The notes under the pieces are model-generated. The model was given only the letters and a program-made list of their open reading frames with translations. It had not been told where the DNA came from and made no database searches. Positions 10,701 to 19,594 of a stretch of DNA of 44,169 nt are shown here, one piece after another (the stretch's first letter is position 1; every line of letters begins with the position of its first letter). The stretch is from a virus. Lineage: Duplodnaviria > Caudoviricetes. The position numbers and the translations under genes are program-made. The stretch spans positions 1-44,169 of IMG/VR virus record IMGVR_UViG_3300049893_001276; one strand, written 5' to 3'.

Positions 10701-13700
10701 TCCGGACATCCTATTCCAAGGCGAGGCCCCGCCGGCGCCGGTGTTCTACTCAAATCTGGAGCGCGTTATTGAAGCAAAGATGCCGGCATCTGCTCCGGTA
10801 TCGCAGGTGCTTGGGATCATCAAATCCTCCGGGGTAAAGCAGGACGAGCTCGACCAGGTCGGCCTCGCTGCGTTCCTAGAGGGCAAAACGAAGGTTTCGC
10901 GTGATGAGGTTCTCGCCTACATCCGAGAAAACACGGTGAAGATCGAAGAGGATATTTTGGGGGACGTCCCGCTCGGGCATAAAAATCTGAGCGATGCTGT
11001 CCGCGAGCTCGCCGTTGAACTGTACAACGAAGAACTGCACAATCGCCTCCAGGAGATCGACATCGACGCCCTGGAAGCCGAGGCTGCGGACTACGCGATA
11101 ACGCAGAGCGACGCAAGTCCCAACATCTGGATAATAACATTCAAGCAATCGGGCGACACCCGCAGCGTCTATGGGTCCAGGGAGGAGGCCGTTGCTCAAG
11201 CAGAAGAAATAGCAGAAACAACACACATCCCCCGGGCTGTTAAAGCCGTCGAAGATAGGATCATGGAGCAACTGCAATTCACAACTTTCGCGCAGAAGGC
11301 CCAGGCAGAGCTGGAACGATCCGCCGATCAGATCGCAGATGCCCTATACAAAGAGGCGATCGAAGAATACCTAAGCAGGCAGGACCTCACGGATGTAAAA
11401 AAGGAGGCGGCCGCGTATGTGGTGTTACCAGACGAGCCCGACGCCTGGGGGGTTCTGTTTAGAAAGTCAGGGCACAACGCCAATGGCTTCGCATCAAAAG
11501 AGGCTGCCACGAAATGGGCCGATGAGAGCGTGCCGGCTGAAATCGAGCGCGCTATGGGTGCAGCTCGCGCGGCGGCCAGATTCCATGTCAGCCGCGAGCC
11601 GTTTTTAGAGAAAGCCAGGAAGGTAGTGGGCCTTCACGAAACCAGGGATGCCGAGGGGGTGTCAGACATCCCGCGCTTCAACGAGCCTGACCTGCAAATA
11701 GCCGGTGGCGAGAATTACCGGGAACGGCTGTTTATGCTTCCAGCAGATTTTGTTAAGACGACTTCCGCTGACCGCATAAAGCTCGGGAAGCCCAGGTTAA
11801 ACCTGATCCAGAACGTCCGTGACATCGCTTTCTCTACCACAGAGTGGGCCGTCTTGTATAACGAAAAAGAGATTGGGCAAATAGTATTCAGACCGTCTCG
11901 CGCGATCGACCGGGACTTCTTCAAAGAATTTGATGGGGAAGACGCTTACATTGTCTACTCAAGGAACCAGAGCCCTTCGCTATATTCCGTCGGGGCATCA
12001 TCCTCCCCAATATATAAAACGCTGGAAGAGGCGCTTGCTGGTGTCAGGGCATCCGAAGCGGTGGGAATGCAAAGAGACGAGCAGTATACCCAGGGCCATT
12101 TCCCGAGACACCCGAACCTTCTATTCCACACCAGGACCACGGAGCACACGCTGCCAGACGGCAAGCGGATGTTCTTTCTGCAAGAGGTGCAGTCCGATGC
12201 GCTGCAGGGGCTCCGGAAGCTCAACATAAAGCGCGCGGAGGGCAAGGAGCTTAATGGAGACGAGCAGGCAAAGCTCGACATCCTTTCCAAGTGGCCGTTC
12301 CAAAACACGTGGGGGGAGCTGGCGCTTAAGCGAATGATCCGCCTCGCGGCCGAGAAGGGCTTTGACTACATCGGTTGGACCACTGGCGAGCAACAGGTCG
12401 ATCGCTACAACAATGCCCTCCGCGAAAGAGTCGACGAGATCGAGTGGACCAAGAACGAGAAGGGCGTGCGACTGGTTGGGTACAAGAAAAAGTACGAAGT
12501 CGCACCAACCCTCACACAGATGTTGCGCGACATCCACGCGACATTTATAGACTCGAGCTCTGATGGGCCCACCGTACATTTTGGTGTGGACAAAAGAGTG
12601 TCATTCGACACCAGAGCCGAGGCCCGCGAGTACATCGAGAGTGTGTGGAAAGAAGACCCTGAGAACTGGAAGCAGATGGTCGTCGACACCAACGAAAAGG
12701 AAACCGAGCTATCCGACGCCATAGGCAAGGCGATGGCGGGCAAAATCCTCTCCGACCCGAATCAGTCTGGAACGATCGAAGGCGACGACATCGCTATCTC
12801 AGACACGGGCATGGCCGGGTTTTATGACCGGATGCTGGTGTCTGCGGCGAACAAGATCGGCAAGCGATTCGGGGTGAAGGCTACCATCACGCAGCTCGAA
12901 GGGCAGGACACAACGAAGTTTCCTACATTCAGGGAGCTCAACGAGCACGATCGGGAGGCTCTCCAGGGGGCCGAGGACTTTGCGGATGGCGGGACTCCGG
13001 TCGCTGGCACGACTGCCGTCACAATAGACGGGGTCAAGAAGTACGTCACATTTATTTTGTCCGGAAACGGCTTAAACATTCTCGACAAAGAAGCTTATGC
13101 GGAATTCAGACCGGACGATGCTCTGACATGGGGAAGCGCAGAAGAGGCACAGCGCGTCCTGAAGGAGCGGTGGTACAAGCTTAAGTTTTGGGCGAGTCTC
13201 CATGACCTCACCGGCGAAGAGCACAGCATCCTTCCAATAGCAGAAAAGCCCGGGGCGCCAGAAATAGAGCTCGCGCAAGAAGAGGTCGGCACGGAAATGC
13301 GCTGGGTCGTGCGCGAGAAAGAAGGCGAAGTCGTGCTTGGCGTTTTCGATACCAAGGATGAGGCCCAGGAGCGATTCGACACGATTCAGAAAATGCGCGC
13401 GCCGTCCGCCGTCCACGCTCTTGAGCTAACGCCCGCCATGAAGGAGTCCGTGATTAAGGAAGGCTTCGCGCTGTACCAAGGCGAGAAGGAAACCCCGCGC
13501 GGGCAGTTGCGCTTTGGACCCAACCGACAGATAAACATAGACCTGCTTAAGACGGCTGACCTGTCGACGTTCCTGCATGAGACGGGGCACTTCTACCTTG
13601 AGGTGCTTGGCGACCTGGCCGGCCAGGCTGACGTCCCAGCTCAAATGCGCGACGACTTTCTGACGGTGGTTAATTGGATTGGTTTCGAGAGCGCCGAGGC

Positions 13701-16700
13701 ATGGAGGGCTGCCACCCCAGAGCAGCGCCGCGACGCACACGAGCAATTCGCCCGTGGCTTCGAGACGTACCTTATGGAAGGCAAGGCCCCGTCGGCTGCT
13801 CTGCGCTCGGCATTCGCCCGTTTCCGGGCATGGCTAATCTCTATCTACCGCCAGGTGCGCGGCCTGAATGTTTCACTCACACCCGAGGTCCGCACCGTAT
13901 TCGACCGGATGCTGGCGACGGATGCTGAGATATCAGAGGCGTCCAGAGAGCAGAGCATTCAGCCTCTATTCCCCGATCTGGTCGCGCTTGGGTTCAACGC
14001 GGATGATGCCGCCGAGTATGCTGCGGCAATCGAAGATGCGCGCACGTCTGCGGAGGAAGAGCTCTCATCTAAGCTGATGGCCGAGGTCGCCCGCGAGCAA
14101 AAAGAGTGGTGGAAGGAGCAGCGTGCCGGCGTCCGCGACGAGATCGAGAAGCAGGTAAACGGGATGAAGGTTTACGTTGCCATCGCGCGTCTTCAGAAGG
14201 GTAAGCTCCCCGACGGATCACCGCTGCCCGAGGGCGTGTCCGCGTTCAAACTAGATAAGGACGCGCTGCTTTTGGACTACGACAAGGCCCTCCTTGCGCG
14301 CCTCCCTCGCCCTTATGTTTACGCCGTAGACGGTGGCATCCACCACGACGTCGCGGCCGAGCTTCTTGGATTTGGCTCTGGCGACGAGATGGTGATGGCG
14401 CTCATCAACGCGCCGAAGCGAGAGGCCCTAATCGAGCGCATGACTGACCAGCGCATGAAAGAACTGCACGGGGATATGGCGGCCGATGGGAAGCTGCCGC
14501 TTGAGGCCATGAAGGCCGTGCACAACGAAAAGCGCAGTCAGCTACTAAGGCGCGAGCTTGAAATCCTCGCCTCTGAAAACCTCTCGAAGCTCAAGGGATT
14601 GACGAAGAAGGTCGCCCGGCCAATTCCGCCTGTATCAGCAGTGCGGGCGCAGGCGGAGCGCATAATCGCATCCAAGCGCACGCGCGATATAAAGCCGAGT
14701 GTCTACCAGCGCGCAGAGGCCAAGGCCGCGCGGGATGCTGTGGATGCCATGCTTCGCGGGGATTTTGAGGCCGCGTTCGTGGCTAAGCAAAGGGAGCTGT
14801 TGAACAGCGAGCTCTACCGCGCTGCCGTTAATGCCAACGATGAGACCGCGAAGATCGTTCGCTATATGTCTGGATTCACGAAGAAGAGCGCACGCGAGCG
14901 AATAGGCAAGGCCGGCGCCGGCTACCTGGACCAGATCGACTCCATCCTTGAGCGGTTCGATTTTAGTCGAGGCATGACACTCGGAGCCATTGACAAGCGT
15001 GTTGCCCTCGCTCAATGGATCGAGCAGCAGAGGGCTATGGGAGTCGAGCCAGAGCTCCCGGATACCGTTTTAAACGAGGCATTCCGTCGGCACTACAAAG
15101 ACCTCAAATACGAAGAGCTCGTTGGAATCCGTGACGCCGTAAAGCACGTCGCGCACCTGGCGCGCCTTAAAAATAAGCTGCTCAAGGCAGGCCGTGACCG
15201 CGACCTTCGCAACGCCATAGAAGAGGCCGTGGCGTCTATCTCGGCGAACGCAAAGGGGCTCAAGCGCAAGCCCATAGAAACGCGCACGCCCCAGGAGGAC
15301 TTCGCGGACGGGGTCGTTGGTATATTTGCGTCCCACCGTAAGATGGCCAGCCTCCTGCGCGTTATGGATGGGAACCAGGACGGCGGGGTGATGTGGGAGC
15401 TGGTCATGCGTCCAGCGAACGAGGCCGCCGACGCCGAAGTGTCCATGAACGAGCAGGCGACGGTGAAGCTAAAGGAGCTCTTCTCGGTTTACAGCCAAGC
15501 GGACCTATTGCGGATGTACAAGCGCACCCATATCGAAGGGGTCGGTGGGCTGACGAAGATGGGGCAGCTCATGGTTGCTTTGAATTGGGGCAACGAGGAC
15601 AACCGCACGAAGCTCATGGAAGGCCGCGGGTGGAGCGACGATCAAGTACAGAGCATCCTGGCACAGCTAGACGAGCGCGACTGGAAATTCGTGCAAAGCG
15701 TGTGGGACTTCATCGACTCTTACTGGTCCGAGATCAAGGCGCTTGCCGAGCGGGTAAACGGGGTCGCCCCGGAAAAGGTCGAGGCTGCCCAGGTGATCAC
15801 ACCCTTCGGGACGTTCCGAGGCGGGTACTTCCCGCTCAAATATGACGACCGCCTGGCGCCCAAGGCGTATGCGAACCAAGCGAAGGAGCTCGCCGAGCAG
15901 GCTATGCACGGCGCGTTCTTTAGAGGCTCCACGCGTCACGGCCATCGCAAGGCGCGCGTTGAAGGCGTGAAGCTACCGGTGCGCCTAGACTTCGGCGTGA
16001 TCTTCGAGCACGTCGGCCAGGTGATCCACGACCTGTCGCATTATGAATACATGATTGACGCGAACCGCCTGCTTGGTGACTCGGATATGCAGAGCTCGAT
16101 CATCGATTACCACGGGCACGAGGTCTACAAGCAACTGCGCGCGACCATCAAGGACATCGCCGCCGGCGACGTGCCGGCACAGACACACTTCGAGCGCGCT
16201 TTAAACTGGATTCGCACGGGGACTAGTATTGCGTCGATGGGATGGAACTTGATGACCTCCGCAATGCAGCCGCTTGGGTTGACGCAGTCGATGGTCCGCG
16301 TTGGACCCAAGTGGGTGGCGCGCGGGATGTCCCGCTGGTTCTCTGATGCCGCGCGCATGGAGGATACTGCACGCTGGATACAGCAGCGGTCGACGTTTAT
16401 GCGGATGCGCGCTAAAACGCAGATGCGCGAGATCAATGAAATCCGTAATAAGACCAGGCTGCGCGGACAGATTTCTGCGATGGAGGACACCTACTTCTGG
16501 CTGATAACCAGGCTGCAGCTTGTGGCCGACATCCCGACGTGGCTTGGGGCCTACGAGAAGGCGCTGTCCGAGAATCCAACCGATGAGGCGCGTGCAACCG
16601 CTCTTGCGGATCAGGCGGTGCTGGACTCCCAGGGGGGTGGTCAGGTAAAGGACCTCGCTCAGATTCAGCGTGGCGGGCCGGCCTGGAGGCTGTGGACCAA

Positions 16701-17208
16701 CTTCTATTCGTTCTTCAACACGACGTTCAACCTAACGGCAGAATCGTTGTCGCGGACAAACATTAAAGACCCGCACAGCATCGGGCGCCTCGGGGTTGAT
16801 CTTCTCCTGCTTTACGTTGTGCCGGCCGTCTTGGGGTATGCGCTTCGAAGCGCGCTCAAACCTGGGGACGAGGATGACGAGTTTATTGTTGGGGTGGCTA
16901 AGGAGCTGGCTGCATATACAGCCGGCACGATGGTCGGCGTGCGCGAAATCTCGGGGGCGATCCAGGGCTATTACGGATATGAGGGGCCTGCAGGCGCGCG
17001 CTTCTTTGCGGAGGCGTCGGGCCTTGTTAAGCAGATATCACAGGGAGAGGCAGACGGAGCCTTCTGGAGATCGCTTAACGACACGGCCGGTATCCTGCTG
17101 CACTATCCGTCTACTCAGATGGGGAGAACCCTGCGTGGGATATTGGCCCTCACCGACGGCGATACGGACAATCCTTCGGCGTTGTTAGCTGGGCCGCCGC
17201 GACAATGA
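7765..17208 (+). CDS. Giant ejection / large polyvalent protein (3147 aa) with ART-PolyVal-like and HExxH metallopeptidase domains
   Basis: TPEFKAWFG.SKVVD..G.P...YHAT...PVYL...NP...GYDG...F.P.QIKS (10144..10722); ADLSTFLHETGH with downstream HEQFA (13576..13755); position of T7 gp16. Confidence 0.85.
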   Translation: MPVNEYDEIISGGKVPNNGNEYLQMAEEDGADQRSNLQQSLFSASTADPARMAQIDEMARKAKLPTAVVERNFDEVSRRSSLEDIDYDKIIDQTPALASWLEDPENAAVGRDDIEALGKLERGARRILPKSADPSRGAFGRAIATGWSDLTASTWHLAAVYGLTDPAEAAQRVAEANAKAGTLRAQKPPYALEFDQIMQDEGGDVDRAVERFKSSFGEMQDGRIYQGLIDYNAGKIQTVAEGLEMLWSAVSRPQGLAYSSLESLAHSFPSLVTGAGFAAAGAALGPQASAASGIAGLMAGTFIGETPVEVGAWINQAMAERGVDITSAEGVAAAYSDAALMAEIRGEAERKGITTAGVDALFSAFAGKLAAGGLTSKAIGKATKTALVAADVATQAVGEGASEFAGQVAARNGLQGVSVGEAIQEGIVSLGHSVGDTVVGTSVRRAFSLEPGAAAGEMLTETERALKALGGARALEEVGAAVGELKNAQNAPERLQALIETAGGTEGGAVYFQAAQWDEYWQAQGLSPAAAAAQILGDNGKAYYEAKAADGQMAVPLADYVAKVATSEHFEGLLPAARTSPDGMSLREASEFLKALPATMDELAAEAAGKTSPIDEADEQIRSQVTEQLIQAGFDPSTAETYSQVYSGIRVMAERAGVDPQELYERYGLQIRRFEGAQDAPGGAISQGPGSPLPGEFTGQAWRAPTGYRHGAKDTAADVVRFETEELGNDLAVPPDVMAELAGRAASDIVWVTRKKSDAARYGKPEQQQMPPGSRIIAEDGDGGYLVLKPKSVTDTPEFKAWFGTSKVVDESGQPKVLYHATRASFRKFMKRFNLAGHFGTVDAANDRTTGLREDAQVPFEEGGLRGENIMPVYLSIQNPVRMKDVHFDEYGTMIEDLIESGTLEHSDLPVPFAARYDFKTRKAEQEAITATIEALKQRGYDGIVYENRIEAPGSDSWIPFEPNQIKSVFNRGTFDPKSPDILFQGEAPPAPVFYSNLERVIEAKMPASAPVSQVLGIIKSSGVKQDELDQVGLAAFLEGKTKVSRDEVLAYIRENTVKIEEDILGDVPLGHKNLSDAVRELAVELYNEELHNRLQEIDIDALEAEAADYAITQSDASPNIWIITFKQSGDTRSVYGSREEAVAQAEEIAETTHIPRAVKAVEDRIMEQLQFTTFAQKAQAELERSADQIADALYKEAIEEYLSRQDLTDVKKEAAAYVVLPDEPDAWGVLFRKSGHNANGFASKEAATKWADESVPAEIERAMGAARAAARFHVSREPFLEKARKVVGLHETRDAEGVSDIPRFNEPDLQIAGGENYRERLFMLPADFVKTTSADRIKLGKPRLNLIQNVRDIAFSTTEWAVLYNEKEIGQIVFRPSRAIDRDFFKEFDGEDAYIVYSRNQSPSLYSVGASSSPIYKTLEEALAGVRASEAVGMQRDEQYTQGHFPRHPNLLFHTRTTEHTLPDGKRMFFLQEVQSDALQGLRKLNIKRAEGKELNGDEQAKLDILSKWPFQNTWGELALKRMIRLAAEKGFDYIGWTTGEQQVDRYNNALRERVDEIEWTKNEKGVRLVGYKKKYEVAPTLTQMLRDIHATFIDSSSDGPTVHFGVDKRVSFDTRAEAREYIESVWKEDPENWKQMVVDTNEKETELSDAIGKAMAGKILSDPNQSGTIEGDDIAISDTGMAGFYDRMLVSAANKIGKRFGVKATITQLEGQDTTKFPTFRELNEHDREALQGAEDFADGGTPVAGTTAVTIDGVKKYVTFILSGNGLNILDKEAYAEFRPDDALTWGSAEEAQRVLKERWYKLKFWASLHDLTGEEHSILPIAEKPGAPEIELAQEEVGTEMRWVVREKEGEVVLGVFDTKDEAQERFDTIQKMRAPSAVHALELTPAMKESVIKEGFALYQGEKETPRGQLRFGPNRQINIDLLKTADLSTFLHETGHFYLEVLGDLAGQADVPAQMRDDFLTVVNWIGFESAEAWRAATPEQRRDAHEQFARGFETYLMEGKAPSAALRSAFARFRAWLISIYRQVRGLNVSLTPEVRTVFDRMLATDAEISEASREQSIQPLFPDLVALGFNADDAAEYAAAIEDARTSAEEELSSKLMAEVAREQKEWWKEQRAGVRDEIEKQVNGMKVYVAIARLQKGKLPDGSPLPEGVSAFKLDKDALLLDYDKALLARLPRPYVYAVDGGIHHDVAAELLGFGSGDEMVMALINAPKREALIERMTDQRMKELHGDMAADGKLPLEAMKAVHNEKRSQLLRRELEILASENLSKLKGLTKKVARPIPPVSAVRAQAERIIASKRTRDIKPSVYQRAEAKAARDAVDAMLRGDFEAAFVAKQRELLNSELYRAAVNANDETAKIVRYMSGFTKKSARERIGKAGAGYLDQIDSILERFDFSRGMTLGAIDKRVALAQWIEQQRAMGVEPELPDTVLNEAFRRHYKDLKYEELVGIRDAVKHVAHLARLKNKLLKAGRDRDLRNAIEEAVASISANAKGLKRKPIETRTPQEDFADGVVGIFASHRKMASLLRVMDGNQDGGVMWELVMRPANEAADAEVSMNEQATVKLKELFSVYSQADLLRMYKRTHIEGVGGLTKMGQLMVALNWGNEDNRTKLMEGRGWSDDQVQSILAQLDERDWKFVQSVWDFIDSYWSEIKALAERVNGVAPEKVEAAQVITPFGTFRGGYFPLKYDDRLAPKAYANQAKELAEQAMHGAFFRGSTRHGHRKARVEGVKLPVRLDFGVIFEHVGQVIHDLSHYEYMIDANRLLGDSDMQSSIIDYHGHEVYKQLRATIKDIAAGDVPAQTHFERALNWIRTGTSIASMGWNLMTSAMQPLGLTQSMVRVGPKWVARGMSRWFSDAARMEDTARWIQQRSTFMRMRAKTQMREINEIRNKTRLRGQISAMEDTYFWLITRLQLVADIPTWLGAYEKALSENPTDEARATALADQAVLDSQGGGQVKDLAQIQRGGPAWRLWTNFYSFFNTTFNLTAESLSRTNIKDPHSIGRLGVDLLLLYVVPAVLGYALRSALKPGDEDDEFIVGVAKELAAYTAGTMVGVREISGAIQGYYGYEGPAGARFFAEASGLVKQISQGEADGAFWRSLNDTAGILLHYPSTQMGRTLRGILALTDGDTDNPSALLAGPPRQ

Positions 17209-17433
17209 GCCGAGGAACTCTAGGGCAGCCACCGATGCATACGCGGACGCATAAAATATGACCGCATTCAGCAGCGCGCCGGTTGCTCCGATGATGAAAT
17301 CGAACAGCAGAAAATCAGTCTCGCCCATGAGGGCAAGAGCCGACTTCGATACGGCGGCCCACGGAAGGACTGCTATAGCGATCACGGTTATCGGGAGCAG
17401 GACGCCAGTTGTAAAATTATCTTCTGTTTTCAT
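17185..17433 (-). CDS. Small two-TM membrane protein, antisense to the late operon (moron-like)
   Basis: Two hydrophobic segments; fills the gap between the giant protein and tail fibre genes; own promoter-like sequence. Confidence 0.55.
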   Translation of the reverse strand: MKTEDNFTTGVLLPITVIAIAVLPWAAVSKSALALMGETDFLLFDFIIGATGALLNAVIFYASAYASVAALEFLGSLSRRPS

Positions 17434-17439
17434 GTCTCA

Positions 17440-17468
17440 AGCATGGGGCAGGAATCAAAAGAATGCAA
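17440..17468 (-). promoter_or_regulatory. Putative sigma70 promoter TTGCAT-N17-CATGCT
   Basis: -10 box ends 6 nt before the ATG at 17433; no Shine-Dalgarno sequence. Confidence 0.4.
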
Positions 17469-17514
17469 GGGCAGTTTGTCAAGGAATTTTAAGCGGCATT
17501 AAACAGGAGGACCA

Positions 17515-18912
17515 ATGTCCATAGCTTCGACGACCAGCAGAAACAACTACACCGGCAACGGCGCCACAAGCGTCTACTCGTACTCCTTCCGGATTTTCGC
17601 GCAGACCGATCTCCTCGTCACGGTAAGCGACACATCCGGGAACGAAACCACGCTGGTCCTCACAACCGACTACACAGTCTCTGGCGTTGGGGCCGTGGCC
17701 GGCGGGGCAATAACGTTGGTGAGCGCCGGCCAGGCGTGGCTGACGGCGGGCAACTTAACGACCGACTATACCCTAGCGATCCGTCGTGTGCGCCCGCTCA
17801 CGCAAAGCGCGGACATTCGAAATCAGGGCGACTTTTACCCCGAGGGGCACGAGGACGCTTTTGACCACGGGATTATGGTGGCTCAACAGCAGCAGGATGA
17901 AATCGACCGCTCCGTCAAGGTCCCCGAAACGGTGGACCCGGGCTCGTTTAGCGCGGAGCTGCCGGTTCCCTCGGCGGACAAATACTTGAAGTTTAACGCC
18001 GCCGCGGACGGGCTAGAGGCTGCCACGCTTGTGAGCTCTGACATATCCATTACAGGGAGCGACGCGAACAAGGTCCCTGTTGTGAACGCTGGGGCATCGG
18101 CTCTAGAGCTTAAAACGATCGCGCAGGCCCTGGACCTACTGCTTACAACGCGCGGGGACTTCCCGCTGCGTGGGGCATCCACAACGGCCAGGAAAGCCCT
18201 GGGGGCCAACAACACAGTGCTGGCAAGCGACGGCACAGACCTGACATATCGGACCGTCACAGCCCTGCTGGACGCTCTTTTTTCGAGCACGCAGGGGGCT
18301 CTCTTGTTTCGGTCGACGTCTGCCTGGGATGACCTTGCGCCTGGGACAGCCTACCAACTGCTCAAGAGCCAGGGGTCTGGAGCTGATGTGGCGTGGGCGG
18401 ATGGGACCATTGCCCTAAACCGAGACGTCACCTCGGCGGATGTCGTTAGCACGGCCGCCGAGACCACCGTCTACAGCTTCAGCGTGCCAGCGAACTCGTT
18501 GGGTTCCACCAGGGCGCTGCGGCTGACCATGATAGCCGACTACCTAAACAACTCAGGGTCTGCAACTCAGCTCATCATCAAGGTCAAGCTCGGCACAACG
18601 ACTGTGCTTACTCTAGACAGCACGGCTGGCGCATTCTCAAGCAATGCCACGCGCCGGCCTGTCCGCCTTGAGGCCATGATTTCGGCGGCCAACGCAACCA
18701 ACGCACAGGTCGGCTCTGGTTCCTTGTATATGGGTGGGAACAACGGCGTCACCGGCCAGAGCAATACCCAATCCACGCTGTTTATATCCAACCACAACGC
18801 GGTCGCAGAGGACACGACGAGCGCGAAAACGCTGTCGATTACGGTGCAGCACGACGCAAGCCACGCGAGTCTTAGCTTTATTGCTCGGGCGATTCAGCTT
18901 GAGCTGGTGTAG
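17515..18912 (+). CDS. Tail fibre with T7 gp17-like N-terminal attachment domain
   Basis: YTGNG.T..Y.Y.F.IF...DL.V...DY.V.G...I.R..P.TQ...N.G.F..E.HE.AFD motifs; SD aggagg upstream. Confidence 0.85.
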   Translation: MSIASTTSRNNYTGNGATSVYSYSFRIFAQTDLLVTVSDTSGNETTLVLTTDYTVSGVGAVAGGAITLVSAGQAWLTAGNLTTDYTLAIRRVRPLTQSADIRNQGDFYPEGHEDAFDHGIMVAQQQQDEIDRSVKVPETVDPGSFSAELPVPSADKYLKFNAAADGLEAATLVSSDISITGSDANKVPVVNAGASALELKTIAQALDLLLTTRGDFPLRGASTTARKALGANNTVLASDGTDLTYRTVTALLDALFSSTQGALLFRSTSAWDDLAPGTAYQLLKSQGSGADVAWADGTIALNRDVTSADVVSTAAETTVYSFSVPANSLGSTRALRLTMIADYLNNSGSATQLIIKVKLGTTTVLTLDSTAGAFSSNATRRPVRLEAMISAANATNAQVGSGSLYMGGNNGVTGQSNTQSTLFISNHNAVAEDTTSAKTLSITVQHDASHASLSFIARAIQLELV

Positions 18913-18946
18913 AACAGGCGGGGGCCCGCCAAACAAAGGACGAGTG

Positions 18947-19552
18947 ATGTTCAAAAAGATGCTGTTTGCCGGCGCGCTAATAATGCTCGCCGTTGGGTGC
19001 GCCTCTGCTAAACAGGCGGTTCAAGACTACAACACCGGCAAGGAGCTCGTGGAGTCGGGGCAGGTCGCTGATCCGCGCGTTGAGGCAAAGGAAATCGTGT
19101 CGCAGTGGACGCCGTTTCTTCCAGAGCCGTTGAAGCCGATCGCAGCCGTTTTCGTTTCTGTGCTCGGGGCCATCGGGCTGCGGAACAGAGGCAAGGAAAA
19201 CAGGCTTAATATCCCAGCAGGGACGATGCCGATCCTCGGCAGCTTCGGAAAGAAAACGCGCCTTGAGGATGCCCTGCAGTTATTCGCAGAGGTGACCCAG
19301 GGGGCGACTGAGCTCGTTGGTTCAGACGGGAGCATTACCAGGCGCACGTGGAAGATGGCGCTGCTGTCTGCTATCCCGGTGTTTCTACTACAGGTTCCAG
19401 CTATCGGCGAGTGGGCCGCAGCTAACTCTGCAAACCTGCTGCTGTTGATTTCCGGTGGGACCGCCGTTCTTGGAGGACTTGACAAGGCACTACAGAAAAC
19501 TGTTACCGCCCAGCTCCCGCCAGCACCCCCCACCCCACAACCTACGATCTAA
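18947..19552 (+). CDS. Lipoprotein with additional hydrophobic segments, candidate lysis/spanin-like protein
   Basis: MFKKMLFAGALIMLAVG|C lipobox; further hydrophobic helices; last gene of the late operon. Confidence 0.6.
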   Translation: MFKKMLFAGALIMLAVGCASAKQAVQDYNTGKELVESGQVADPRVEAKEIVSQWTPFLPEPLKPIAAVFVSVLGAIGLRNRGKENRLNIPAGTMPILGSFGKKTRLEDALQLFAEVTQGATELVGSDGSITRRTWKMALLSAIPVFLLQVPAIGEWAAANSANLLLLISGGTAVLGGLDKALQKTVTAQLPPAPPTPQPTI

Positions 19553-19558
19553 GCAAGA

Positions 19559-19594
19559 CCGCCCGGGCCAGCCACCCGGGCGGCTTTCCTTTTC
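19559..19594 (+). terminator. Intrinsic terminator between convergent operons
   Basis: Stem ccgcccggg / cccgggcgg with 7-nt loop, followed by ctttccttttc. Confidence 0.8.
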
